A DNA stretch of 62,989 nt, filler included, from Octopus bimaculoides (lineage: Eukaryota), in assembly GCF_001194135.2 (NCBI RefSeq). It is 6 parts of 5 records of this genome, joined end to end, with 100 filler letters (N's around TTAATTAATTAA, not from the genome) between each part and the next. Parts side by side here need not be neighbours in the genome. Positions count along the whole stretch, not along the records: positions 38,464 to 50,586 come from NC_068994.1; positions 50,687 to 53,358 come from NW_026325989.1; 4 more parts are not named here. One strand, given 5' to 3'. Below the pieces are notes generated by a model. The model did not search any database. It was not told the origin of the DNA and saw nothing but the letters and a program-made list of their open reading frames with translations. Shown here in pieces: positions 39,967 to 52,993 of this stretch. Position numbers and translations under genes: made by a program. Position 1 is the first letter of the stretch. Each line of letters opens with the position of its first letter.

Positions 39967-40120
39967 CAGAAATACAGTCAACCCATTGAGGTGACATCTT
40001 ATGGAGACAACAGACCATCTTCTAACTATCCCACTGACACACTGACCAGTCGTAAGAGTAGTGGACAGTGCTGGAGTGAGCGGTCAAGTAGACAGTATGA
40101 AGAAATACCAGCAATGTCAG
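39967..40120 (+). CDS. Protocadherin cytoplasmic exon (QKYSQPIEV...DTLTSRKSSGQCWSERSSRQYEEIPAMS)
   Basis: TTTTACAG|CAG acceptor and TCAG|GTAAGA donor. It is 154 nt, open, phase 0 to phase 1, and compatible with both neighbouring exons. Confidence 0.8.
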
Positions 40121-40280
40121 GTAAGATAACAATCCCTTCTCATTTAATATTACAGTAATTCATTACTAATTATTGTACTAATTATTGTTGTTGACTGAGA
40201 TGTAATTAGTTCTGTCTGTATGTCCCTAGAGTATTTCTGATGATGGTGATTGTTTCAAACATTAAAACAATCTTTTGCAG

Positions 40281-40399
40281 GGATCTATGGTAGCCAACAG
40301 GATACACCAGTGAACCCTGAAAGACAACAGTACCAAGACAGATATGTGAAACCTCCAGAGAGACAGTTACCTTCAACACCAGATGTCATTACTAACTGA
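40281..40399 (+). CDS. Protocadherin terminal coding exon (GIYGSQQDTPVNPERQQYQDRYVKPPERQLPSTPDVITN*)
   Basis: TTTTGCAG acceptor; phase 1 fits the previous exon. TGA at 40397-40399, then an AT-rich 3' UTR-like region with AATAAA near 40716. Confidence 0.78.
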
Positions 40400-40943
40400 C
40401 CACTGGTCATTTACTAAATATTGACAATTATATTTCAGACGTGACGCTCCCCACACACTCATACAAACTAATATAAATATAACTTCTCTCTGCCAATATT
40501 ATACACCAACATATGATACAATATATAGGCACTAAGAGTGAAGTTAGCAACATTTCAACCTGTATATGTACATACACACACACACACAGAATTTTGCATA
40601 ATGTTTTATATTAGCTAATATTTTTTTTATATTTCCCAAATATCCCTTGAATTAATTTAGAATATATTTAAAATAATGGTATGAAAATATTACATCTAGG
40701 AAATTATTGCTTAGAAATAAATACTAAAATAAACATGTCTTAATCAGAATTTTTCTATATTAACATCATTTCTTGGTAACATATTTACCAATATCAGTGA
40801 TATTTTGTTAATATAAAATCTATATGAAACACTGAATATATATCTGTGCCAGTGTTATATAGACTTAACATGGCTGACTGTTAATGGGGCTGATATTCTG
40901 TATTCTTTCTTTCTTCTTCTGTGTGAGGGGAAATAGTCTGAGT

Positions 40944-41173
40944 GAAACTGGAATAAGCATCACCCATCTCTCTCACACACACACACACACACACTAAACA
41001 TCACACATCCACAAAGGAAGACTGAGAGGAACTGCTGGTTCCCCACTGACTCACCACCAACACTATTCCATCAACATGAAGCCATTGTCACACCATAGCA
41101 GCAGTGACACAGACAACCATTAACAGAACATTGGGACCAAGTCACACATTTATAACAAAGGATTTTACATGCT
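40944..41173 (+). pseudogene. Exon-like segment X1 (duplicate of 42167-42412), ending in a GTAAGT donor
   Basis: About 150 nt are near-identical to X2. It lacks the acceptor AG present in X2 and has stops in all frames. Confidence 0.55.
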
Positions 41174-41480
41174 GTAAGTACCAACATTTAGTTTTATTTT
41201 CCTATTGCTGTTGTTGTTTGTGTCCTTGGTTAGTTCTGGTCAATTTTTCTAATCATCAACACATACATATCACCTGTCTTTCACCACCTTTACCTTATTG
41301 TACAAAAGTTTCCATCTACCCCTGTCCCCACCATGTGAGAATCTGGCAAAGAAATTTCCACTAGAACTTGAAATGTAGAAAACATTGTGTAGACTAGAAG
41401 AGTTATTTTCATGTTGAAGTTTCTCTGTTTTAAAATATATTAAACTAATTTTAAATGCTTGAGTATTGTTTATATTTCAG

Positions 41481-41602
41481 GAGGTTCCAGTTCAAACTAC
41501 CACTCCACCATTTAACAATGTGAAACTCCATTATCAAGAAAATACACAAACCCCATCCCAGAAAGACAGTTTCTTTCAACACTTGATGCAAACCTAATCT
41601 GA
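41481..41602 (+). pseudogene. Diverged paralogue of the terminal exon with an internal stop
   Basis: ATTTCAG acceptor. CCAGAAAGACAGTTTCTTTCAACACTTGATG aligns to CCAGAGAGACAGTTACCTTCAACACCAGATG (PERQFLSTLD vs PERQLPSTPD) in the same phase, but with TAA at 41513-41515. Confidence 0.6.
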
Positions 41603-42230
41603 TAATCTTCAATATTAAAATGCTGATAACTCCTTGCTTAAATTTTTACTGTGTTTTTATATGTATTTGTTCAGTTATAACAGATTATGTGATAATTATA
41701 ATCAGTATTTCTATGTTAAATATTTCCTTCTTATATTAAACAATCTAAAACAAAAAAAAAAACAAAACAAAGAAAACTGTTGATGGACATTTTTAGAAAA
41801 GATTCAATTAGCAAATGATGACAGTTTTTGAAAAGTTTCATTTATAAAAAGGACAACAATATTTGGTTTACGAAAATAAAAAGAAAAAAAATATGAATGT
41901 TTAAAGTACCAAGACTTGTGGAGTTTGTTTCTATTTCACTTTATTATTCCATCGCAGAATTAGATCAGACACATGTTACACTTATTGTCTTACACGCTTT
42001 TTAACTCTTAGTTAGCAATTTATTAATATAGTAACAGCATGGGCTCTATTTTTGTTATAGAGATTAATTTTTGCTAAGCATCGGATGTGTTGGTATAATA
42101 TAGATTTATTATGGCTGAAATTGTGTGTTCTCCTCACTGATGAGGAACACAACATCTAATTTGAATGAAGCTGGAGTAAGCATCACCCTTCTATGTTATA
42201 TACTTATACACACACACACACACTCATTAG

Positions 42231-42412
42231 ACATCACACATCCACAAAGGAAGACTGAGAGGAACTGCTGGTTCCCCACTGACTCACCACCAACACTATT
42301 CCATCAACATGAAGCCATTGTCACACCATAGCAGCAGTGACACAGACAACCATTAACAACAGAACATTGGGACCAAGTTACAGTTTATAACAAAGGATTT
42401 TACACAATGAAG
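42231..42412 (+). pseudogene. Exon-like segment X2 with intact AG acceptor and GTAAGT donor
   Basis: CATTAG|ACATC ... TGAAG|GTAAGT; 182 nt; stop codons in every frame. Confidence 0.55.
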
Positions 42413-42829
42413 GTAAGTAACTGCCTTTTAGTTTTACTTTGTGATTATTTCTCACATCTTTGCTCGGTTTTGGTCTTGTTTCATGTTTAATTTCTCTGTT
42501 GTTTCTTAAATAATGCAAACAACAGAAGCTGGGAGAATCTGGGATTCTGAGACCAAAAAATAATATTTTAAAAGATAGAAAATACCGTTAGGACAATTCA
42601 CAGAAAATTTCTAACAGAGTTGCAAGGAGAATGCATGCTGTGCTATTATGTCTGCCTCTGGTGTAATGAAGTAAGATCATTGTACCAAAGATCATTTTGT
42701 AAGATTTTTCATCTGATTGGTCTATGTTGAATTGTTACATGGAATCCTGCAATTGCTGTGTCTGCACACACACACACACACACATACACATAAATTATGC
42801 AATATACTTTTGTTTTTGTAGTTTGTAGT

Positions 42830-43015
42830 TTAACCCCAGCTCAGCCCTGATTGAACCAAACCTGTAATCAGACATGGTCCAGTAGTATTCCTTCCATCTT
42901 TATTTCAACATAGTGTATCTAGGATCTTAATATTTCAATGTTGTTTTCCTGTTCTTAAGGTAGTGTGCTATGATTTGAGGTAAATTTAGCTGCTGTTTCT
43001 AACAAGTTGTTGTTC
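42830..43015. mobile_element. Family 3 dispersed repeat fragment (other pieces at ~43810-43860, 44065-44255, 46890-46990, 47310-47345, 48560-48620)
   Basis: Shared motif GAGGGAGATTTGGCTGCTATTTCTAGC or its reverse complement in several diverged copies. Confidence 0.6.
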
Positions 43016-43319
43016 CCTCATTCACTCCATTATAATTATACAATTATTGTAGTAGGTGAAGAGAAATTGTAAAGAAGGAAACTGGTCGTCAGAGCTTCCA
43101 ATGTTGCCCATCAGACCACCACTACTTTGTTGTTGTATTCAACAGGTCACATTTCAGGGTATACAAGACTGGTGGGAGGAGGTGAGAAAGTTTCCCTCAG
43201 GCAGGAGGCAAAACAGTGACCTCTGCAAAAAGTACCCCAGGTTCAGGTGGTGCCTTTAGACTAGATGATGGATTTAGTCTGCAAACTGAAGGACAATAAC
43301 AATCCCTCTGATGGACTTC

Positions 43320-43465
43320 CACACGATTTCTCTCCATCAGATTTCACTTACAAGACTTTGGTTGACCTGAGACTATAGTAAAAGACATTTGCTCAAGATA
43401 TCAAAAAGTGTGATTGAATTTGAAGACCATCTGCTTATGAAGAGAGAACTTCTTAATCGCATAGT
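43320..43465 (-). mobile_element. Degenerate family 2 SINE 5' part
   Basis: CAGATTTCACTTACAAGACTTTGGTTGACCTGAGACTATAGTAAAAGAC resembles 38162-38230 and 49840-49870. Confidence 0.5.
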
Positions 43466-43586
43466 CATGCTTTGAGTTTTGCATTGACGTAGTTTCAGTT
43501 AACATAGAGTAAAATGTTGCTACAGAATTGCTCAAACATCTTGTTACTATTGGAATTTAACTTCAAATCTAATTTTTATTTGACAG

Positions 43587-43678
43587 CAGGACGTGCCATA
43601 ATGGCAGAAATACATCTATCATTGACTTACCTATCACAAGAGAAACAAAACTGGGACAGAAGACACTAAAAATGTCAG
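43587..43678 (+). pseudogene. Exon-like segment Z sharing splice architecture with exon 39967-40120
   Basis: TGACAGCAG tandem acceptor and AATGTCAG|GTAAGA donor, the same 14 nt as the real exon. One open frame ends ...KMS. Confidence 0.5.
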
Positions 43679-46600
43679 GTAAGAAGTCAAATTACTTCTT
43701 GACATAATCATTATGATATGATGATTAATTAATATGGAACTGAACATTAACACCATAGCATCAATAATAACAGTAGCCATCATCAAAATGAGTGTATTAG
43801 AGTATTAGTGTTTTGAGGGAGATTTGCCTGCTTCTTCTAGCCAGTCAAGTAACTGTGTAAAAGTTTGTTTGTGCTTAGAGTGATGTGTGTGTATTGATTG
43901 GATGTTGGGGCATTGATCACTAGGTGATGTGTGGTGTCACTGTTTAAAAAATAATTACTTTTGGATGGATTGAGGGCCAGGTTCATTAACACTAAACACT
44001 AATTAATGTTATTGTTTACTTTATTATTTCATTATTTCTTATCAAATAATAACAACCAATGAGTTTTGAACCCCAGGCTAGTCCTGGTTGAGCAGAAATT
44101 ATGTTCAAAAGCATTTCAACCAAGACCATCCTGTTTCTTTACAAGAGTGGAAGTCTACATTATCTTATGCACCTTTCCGTTATTTAAGACAGTAGAGTGT
44201 GACTTGAAGGTGACTTAGCTGTTATCTTAAGCACGTTAAGTGACCACATAGATGCTCTTTTGTTGGCTCTTTATTATCTGGGCATTTTTGTTTAGCATTA
44301 GTTCAGCAGATCTATGATCAAAAACAGCAGCAATGACTATTCTTTAAGACAGTGTTGACTATCTTTCCCATTTTTAAAAAGATATATTTTCATTTCAAAA
44401 TTCTTGGTAAATGTGGTATCTGAGTAGATACAAGAAGCCAGAAATATACTGAAAAGAGGGGTAGAGTTGATTCTATCAACCACAACCCCTCTCACCACCA
44501 TTACTGTTACTTTATTTAGTTTATCCTAGAAAATTGAAGACAAATTTGACTTCATTAGGATTCAGCCTCAAAACAAAGGATAAACTCCACAGTACATTCT
44601 GTCTGATGCTCTACAACTTCTGCCATCCATTGCTTATATAAGAAAGAATACACAATGTTTGTGGGGGTGGTGTCTATCTTCCATTATTAGTGCTAACTAT
44701 TTCTAAACTAAAGCAGTTTACTAATTGCTTAAGACAAGTTTGACATACTCTGACATGTGCAAGCTTCAGGTGAAATTAGGGAAAGCTTGCTGAAGAATTA
44801 ACTGGATTGGAGGTACAAACAAACCCTAAGAGCCAGTCTTCAGTGTGGCAAGATTAATTAGTCAATTTCCTTCAAGCAGTTATTTCTATGAAGGTGATAT
44901 TTGTTGGCCACAATAACACCACCACCACCATGCCATTTGTGACCTTTAGTGAAGTTCAGACATTTAGGCAAGGTTTCTGGTCTGGAAATAACATACAACC
45001 TTCCTTCTTTTCTACCCCCCACCCTGTTAGTCTTTAAACCCTTGAAAAGGGTCTTCTGACTTAAAAAATTAAAAACAAAACAAAAATACTATTACCATCT
45101 AATTAGTCAATATGTCACCACTAATTGAATAGTAATTTTTATAAACGTTATAAAGCTCCAAGCCACAGTAATTTATGAACTATTGTTTACATACAAGCTG
45201 TTAATTAATTAGTTAAGATAATTAGCCAATCTGTTTCCTTGAAGTGCACAATCTGTTTTTATAGTGATAATTGCTCTTTCATTAATGTAAATGATTAGCA
45301 TTCAGTAGCTCAATCAACTGAAAGGGTGGCTGGGTATTCCATAGACACATTTACCCTTGCGCTACTTCTCGGGGCAAATCAGCAATGTGTGACGTGGCTG
45401 GAGCTCCTCACAGTTCTCGTCTAACCTCTTTCACCCACAAGGCTTAGGTTAACCTTAAACTATTGTAAAAATATTTCATCAAAATGCCATGCTCTTGGAA
45501 TGAAATGAGAACTCCTAAAGAAAAGGAATTGGTCATTTCTACGTCCTGTTTTTATATTAAACTGATAACACCCCCCCCCCCCAAAGTGCTTCTACCATTA
45601 TCGTTCTTTCCTCTCCCTATCTCTACCACCTGGTTCGCGTGTTTGTCTTATTGTCTATGTGGTCTTTTGTCTATCACCTCCTTTTTCCTATCTCAAGTAT
45701 CACAGATATTTTAATTCGAGGAGAGAGTTGGCTACCATTTCTAGCCGATCGAGCGACCATGTTGTCTTCCTCATGTTGCCGCCATTACTCCCATCAGCCA
45801 TGCATGTTGCACGTGTGACTGACAGTTCAATGGAAACTCGAAGTCTGTTTTATTACATTCCAAACAGATTACTAACTCCGTCGTATGAATGAAACAACAT
45901 CACGTTCTCTCCCTCACACACGCTCTCCTCCTCTCTTTGCACGCACCCGATCGCATACACACACACAGAACAGATGTCGGTATTTATATATGCACATATT
46001 AATTAATGAATGGTTGTATGCAAATAAATACATAAAGCTACACATTTATTCTCTGCCGCACGTGCTTATATGCATTTGCGTGTGTGTGTGTATCTATCGA
46101 CACACACATACACAAGCACACGGGGGAAAAATAGACATTCCCTGTGTTGACAATGTGTAACAGTATCGTATTATACTCTACGACGGCAATTTAATAAACT
46201 AAATATGTGTATACATATACATAGAGAGAGGGAGGGATACATGTATGTGTGTGTACACACACACACACACACACACAACCGGCCTCCCTCATTATGATAT
46301 ATAGATAGATATATAAGATGGTTGAACTGTTTATATGTCGATATATTTTATATTGTAGAATAACGGTTACACATACGTATATATCTCCCACTCATGGACA
46401 CAAAATATATGTATAAGAACTGATCGAATGCATGTGAAAAAAAAATGGTAAAAATCTACAGAGGAGAAAGTGCGTGTGAGAATTAAGAAGCATAATCTAG
46501 GATGTAGAATTTTAGATGAAGATGTTATTTCCTTCCTTCCGTCTTCCATTCCCTCCTGATGATGCCATTCAATAGTTTTTCATACCAAGTTTTTTTTTTT

Positions 46601-49590
46601 AGTCTTAACATTTTTTTAGGGGAAATACCAGCTCCCACTTGCGCAGTGTGTAATTGAGGGAGTGTGTGTGTGCTTCTATTTTATTTATTTACTAACCCCC
46701 CCCCCTACTCTATCATTACCATTTTCTTTCGTAAAATGGTTTATTTTTCATTGAATTATCACAACAAATTATTCCTCTCCAAATTCTGGGTTTCATACCC
46801 AAGTACGGAATGATTTAAAAAAGAAATTAATTATATCAAGTCATTATTATTATTATTAATTTTTTTTTTGCTATATAAACATTAGCTATTGATACCGTTC
46901 TGTCAACATCCAGCTTCTACGTCCGACGTGCTAGAAATAGCAGCCAAGTATTCTCATTGCACCCGACTGTTTTAAAAAGGGTCATGTAATCGAAGATATG
47001 TATGGTGGGGTGGGGAACGATGTTTGTGACTGGATTCTCGGTTTTCGAGATGAGACCAATTTCTAATCTGACAGGAATGATGGAGATAACCTAGACCAGT
47101 CCGTATCTCCCGCAGATCGCACTCTTCCATCTTAAAAACCGATACACGATGTAGATATGCATAAAGACGTGGTGGTCACTGTTGGAAGGCTTTTTATGGT
47201 CCCCGAGAGTCTAACAGAAGAGAGTAAAAATCGAATAGGGACTATTGCGGGAAGTCTTCTAGTTGCATTTTTATATGGGCCTCAGAAGGTTGTATTTTTG
47301 GAAGTCGAAAGGCTAGAAATAGCAGCTAAATCTCTTTCAAATCGAACTTTACCATTAAGAAAGTAAAGATAGTGTGATATGTAGTCCTACATGTATAATA
47401 CCTGACAAATATACGAGCTGGAATCTGCTAAAACGTTGGGCTGACCCCCCACCCTCAAAAAGAAACACGAGTTTTATGTATTATTTCATTGAGAATAAAG
47501 TCTTTAATTACAGTTTTTTAATATCTTCCCTGATCTTTCAATGCGTTTCGTTTATACTACGATTTGCACAGTTTTTGTGTCTGACTTGAGAGAGACTGAT
47601 GTGGAACGATAGCATGTGCCTATGTATATAGTGATGCGTGTGGTTCTTTAACCATCATAAAATTGAGAGGTTAAAAGTCATAAAAATACAATGATAGATA
47701 TGGCATACAAGCCTATTTACCCGCCATTAACTTAACTACTGTATCTGGGGGTAGTAGCACAGTTAGAACCATGTTTTCTCCCCCCCCCCCCCGTTTTCCT
47801 TTTCTTTGTTATCATATAGTGTTTAAATGATATAGTTCGCCTGTTAACGCTCCTCCAGCCAACAGTACCTCTTTATATCCAGCATTAGTCTTGTAGGACA
47901 ACATTCGTAAATATAGAGATTATTGTCAACAGTACAGACATTGTGCCTAAGCACAATATGGCCTAGGCATAACCATTACAAATCAACATTTACAGAGAAA
48001 AAAAATTCCCCAAGAAAAGTATCAACTTCCGCAGCAAATGACTGATTTGCCGAAATGAGAAGATGACGCAAAAGCCCCATATAAAGACATCGAAACCCTC
48101 AGACGAATAAAAGAATTTATCAGGTTTTTTTAATAAAAACAAACAAACAAAAAAAGCTCAAACTGACGAATGGGGAACGATAAGGATTATATATATNNNN
48201 NNNNNNNNNNNNNNNNNNNNNNNNNNNNNNNNNNNNNNNNNNNNNNNNNNNNNNNNNNNNNNNNNNNNNNNNNNNNNNNTATATTATATATATATATATA
48301 TATATATAACACAGAGTGCCCCAAAATATAAAATATTGGTATACATTATCGAGGGAAAGTTAGTTCATAAATATCTTCTGATCCGCCTTTTAAAGACAAA
48401 GAATCCACCAAAAAGGCATACGCTAAGAATTCGTTTCATTCTATTATTCATTTACGCCCTTTGTTGTTGTTGTTTAGCTGAAGGAGACTTTATTAGGCAT
48501 TCTAACATGGCCATCTTGTCTTCGTAGAAAAGACACTATATTTTCCAATGTGTCATTTCTTTTGAATGACTGATGGAGATTTGGCTGTTATTTCTAGCAA
48601 GATGAGACCACAGAGTCTTGTTGGTTCGTTGAACCATTAAGTTCAGCACGATTGTAACAAGTTCTTCCTCTCATTTATCTGAAAAACGAGCAAGTTCCAT
48701 GTCTATGTAAAGAATCGATATCACACACACACACACAAGCGCGTCTGAAGGAATATTTGTAGAAGTTTTAATGAAAATAAATAAAAGTATTTTACGAAAA
48801 TTAGGTCAAGTATTACTGAATTTATATTTAATTTGATTTGTCATTTAAAGTGACGTAGTATCTGTTAGTCTAGAAAAAGTCTAATCAATTGGATGAAAGC
48901 GAAATTAAATTGGAGGTGTGGTTCGGTGATTTAAATTTCCCGTACAATCGTCATGCTTAGCTAGATCTCAGGCTAACTGCTGGTGTGTCTTTGTGTATGT
49001 GTGTTTATGTCCCAGACTGACTGCTGTGTGTGTGTATATGTATCTACGTGTGTCACAAATTGACAGCTGTGTGAATATGTGTTTATGGAGTCTCCTACGA
49101 CTATAGCTGGCAGGTAGTCAGGCAGGCGGAGAGAGGCTGCGATACGAATGTTACATAGCTATCGCCATTGATAAACAACTATGCAAGCTGATGTCACGCC
49201 AATTCAGCAGACAACGATTAATTACTGTGGTCACATTATAAGGAACTCCACATGTCACGTGGAATAACAACACTGTTTCTCTAGCAAATGCTTATCTTTT
49301 TGTTTACATAAATATTGTCGGTCAGGGATGGTGGTGGTGGTGGTGGTGGAGGACTATCGTGGAATTTGTTTTGAAGATGGTGTTTTCGTTGTTAAACACT
49401 CCTCTCCTTTATATGACTTTATGTAGCACTATTGCTTAGGGCTACGTGTATACACTTGCTGTATATATGCCCTCTTACGCGACATGCAGCGGTCAGATGA
49501 GTGTACGGTACATATATGCACATGTCTACATGTCTACAGCAACATCAATTCAAGTCTATTCTTAGGACCACAAACACGCGCACGTGTGTG

Positions 49591-49925
49591 TGTCTTTTAT
49601 TCTTTACTTGTTTCAGTCATTAAACTGCGGCCATGCTGGAGCACCGCCTTGAAGAATTTTTAGACGAATGAATCGACCCCATGACTTATTGCTTCTTATA
49701 AAGCCTGGTACTTATTCTATTGGTCTCTTATGCGGAGCCGCTAAAATACGGGGATGTAAACATACCAGCACCGTTTATCAAGCGGTGGTGGAGGCACACA
49801 TACACACACATATATATGACGAGCTTCTTTCAGTTTCCTTCTACTATGTATCCACTCACAAGATGCCTTGCAGTGGGACTGAACCTGGAATCATGTGGTT
49901 AGGAAGCAAACTTCTTACCACATAG
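49591..49925 (-). mobile_element. Full-length family 2 tRNA-derived SINE
   Basis: The reverse complement has the tRNA-like head GTGGTAAGAAGTTTGCTTCCTAACCACATGATTCCAGGTTCAGTCCCACTG, an internal (TG/TA) tract, and 3' end TGACTGAAACAAGTAAAGAATAAAAGA. Confidence 0.85.
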
Positions 49926-50516
49926 TATCTAATTGAATATCAAAACTGTGCAGGAGTGTTTGCACCTAATATTCTTGCCGTGTGTGCAGACTACGCAACC
50001 CAGCTGAGTGAAGATATCTGCTCTGGGTAGTTCAGACATGTACTTTATATAAAAGTACTTTCTACAGTATTTCCGAAGTGCAGATTCCAAGACAGGTGAA
50101 TAAAATATAAATGAGTAACAAAGATGTACAGGTATCAATTCATTACAGCTGTTTCAAGCAACTCCTTTAATTGATTAAAACATTAAATCATTTGAAAGAA
50201 ACTGTTCTCGTCATATGACTGCATAGACTTCAAACACTATGGATTGAACCACTGCTTTAACATAGTCACAGCAACAATGGAATCCAAAATATTTACATTG
50301 TTTCTGTTGTCATATCTCTGGCAGAGATAGGTGGTGTTGAAAACAAATAGATGTATTAGTATAATGCTCGGAAATAGAGAAAGTCTTTAACGTTTTGAGC
50401 CTACGCACTTCGACGGAAAGGAACACAGAAAGAAACGAGGAGAGAAAAAAATGTGTGTAGTGGTCAGCGATCTATATTTGTATATACGTATATCTATATA
50501 TGTATATACATATATA

Positions 50517-50586
<70 letters not shown>

Positions 50587-50686
50587 NNNNNNNNNNNNNN
50601 NNNNNNNNNNNNNNNNNNNNNNNNNNNNNNTTAATTAATTAANNNNNNNNNNNNNNNNNNNNNNNNNNNNNNNNNNNNNNNNNNNN
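50587..50686. other. Artificial scaffold-join spacer
   Basis: TTAATTAATTAA at 50631-50642. Confidence 0.95.
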
Positions 50687-51093
50687 CACACACACTAATG
50701 CTCACTCACATACACGCACACAGACGATAGGTAACGGATCAGATGAAACAAAGAGTAGATATCGTGCCTTTTATATATTCGACTTGACTTCAATATCAAC
50801 CGTTTGTCCCGACACGGAACACCGGAGGACGATTTAGTTATAACAAAACCATTAAACAACAACAACAAAATCTATAGATAAACCATAACATCAGCAAAAA
50901 GGGACAATTAGAACATGTATGAACAATAAATTTTTTTTTTTTTTCTATTCAACAACAAACACACAAATCAATAGATGAATGTCCTGAACCACAACAACAA
51001 CCACCACCACAACAACAATAGTAATAATAATAGTTTCATATTTGGGCACAAAACCAGCAATTCCACTACTTTAGAATAGTGATAATAATGATG

Positions 51094-51315
51094 CTACGTA
51101 AAATACTGTCTATGTGATCTCAAATTTTAAAACAACACATAATTTTCTTATGGTTTCTTAAACATTCACTAGAACAAAACTGTACAAATCCAAATATATG
51201 GTACCCTAGGCATAACACCTACATGAACTTCTAACTTGTTGTCNNNNNNNNNNTGAGGTCTCTGGGTGAGACTTGGACCGAACTTGTACAAATGCAAAGC
51301 AAAAGTCAAACATAA

Positions 51316-51317
<2 letters not shown>
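51094..51317 (+). mobile_element. 5'-truncated R4/Dong-type LINE 3' end followed by (TAA)n
   Basis: CTACGTAAAATACTGTCTATGTGA (LRKILSM*) ... CAAACATAAAA(TAA)n; near-identical to 19153-19395. Confidence 0.8.
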
Positions 51318-51399
<82 letters not shown>

Positions 51400-51443
51400 T
51401 AGAAGATGAAGAAGAAGAAGAACAACAACAATAATAATAATGG

Positions 51444-51663
51444 TTTCATATTTTGGCATAAGGTCAGCAATTTCGGGGTAGTTAGGAGGGAGACGATTAC
51501 TTCAAGCTCAGTGTTTTACTGGTACTTATTTTATCGACCCTCAAAGGATGGATGAAGGGCAAAGTCAACCTGGATGGAATTTGATCTCAGAACATGAAGA
51601 CGGACGAAAGGCCGCTAAACATTTAGTTCGGCGTGCTGACGATTCTGCCAGCTCCCTACCTTA
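51444..51663 (-). mobile_element. Family 1 SINE
   Basis: The reverse complement has head AAGGTAGGGAGCTGGCAGAATCGTCAGCACG, central CATCCTTTGAGGGTCGATAAAATAAGTACCAG and the family tail. Confidence 0.85.
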
Positions 51664-51669
51664 AAAATA

Positions 51670-51740
51670 GAAATGATGATGATGATGATGATTATGATGA
51701 TGATGAGGAGGAGGAGGAGGAAGTGGAGGAGGAAGTGGAG

Positions 51741-51775
<35 letters not shown>

Positions 51776-51800
51776 GTAAGAAGAAGAAGAAGGAGAAGTA

Positions 51801-51862
<62 letters not shown>

Positions 51863-52922
51863 GCAAAAATACCTACTCCAGAAGCAAGAGAAACTAATAC
51901 AAATAGCCACAAAACACGAGCAAAACNNNNNNNNNNNNNNNNNNNNNNNNNNNNNNNNNNNNNNNNNNNNNNNNNNNNNNNNNNNNNNNNNNNNNNNNNN
52001 NNNNNNNNNNNNNNNNNNNNNNNNNNNNNNNNNNNNNNNNNNNNNNNNNNNNNNNNNNNNNNNNNNNNNNNNNNNNNNNNNNNNNNNNNNNNNNNNNNNN
52101 NNNNNNNNNNNNNNNNNNNNNNNNNNNNNNNNNNNNNNNNNNNNNNNNNNNNNNNNNNNNNNNNNNNNNNNNNNNNNNNNNNNNNNNNNNNNNNNNNNNN
52201 NNNNNNNNNNNNNNNNNNNNNNNNNNNNNNNNNNNNNNNNNNNNNNNNNNNNNNNNNNNNNNNNNNNNNNNNNNNNNNNNNNNNNNNNNNNNNNNNNNNN
52301 NNNNNNNNNNNNNNNNNNNNNNNNNNNNNNNNNNNNNNNNNNNNNNNNNNNNNNNNNNNNNNNNNNNNNNNNNNNNNNNNNNNNNNNNNNNNNNNNNNNN
52401 NNNNNNNNNNNNNNNNNNNNNNNNNNNNNNNNNNNNNNNNNNNNNNNNNNNNNNNNNNNNNNNNNNNNNNNNNNNNNNNNNNNNNNNNNNNNNNNNNNNN
52501 NNNNNNNNNNNNNNNNNNNNNNNNNNNNNNNNNNNNNNNNNNNNNNNNNNNNNNNNNNNNNNNNNNNNNNNNNNNNNNNNNNNNNNNNNNNNNNNNNNNN
52601 NNNNNNNNNNNNNNNNNNNNNNNNNNNNNNNNNNNNNNNNNNNNNNNNNNNNNNNNNNNNNNNNNNNNNNNNNNNNNNNNNNNNNNNNNNNNNNNNNNNN
52701 NNNNNNNNNNNNNNNNNNNNNNNNNNNNNNNNNNNNNNNNNNNNNNNNNNNNNNNNNNNNNNNNNNNNNNNNNNNNNNNNNNNNNNNNNNNNNNNNNNNN
52801 NNNNNNNNNNNNNNNNNNNNNNNNNNNNNNNNNNNNNNNNNNNNNNNNNATGATGGATGATGAAGAAGAAGAACAACAACAAGACGATGACAACGATGAT
52901 GGCGATGATGGCGATGATGATG

Positions 52923-52993
<71 letters not shown>

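Noticed and set aside
40998-41173. Selenocysteine or TGA read-through frame in X1 (three in-frame TGAs in a Thr-rich frame)
   Set aside because: No SECIS was evident, the frame is broken in X2, and the other frames explain the segment equally well.
50375-50420. Minus-strand hairpin resembling a PLE hammerhead
   Set aside because: Both core strands are destroyed (no CUGANGA, and GAAA is read as AAAA).
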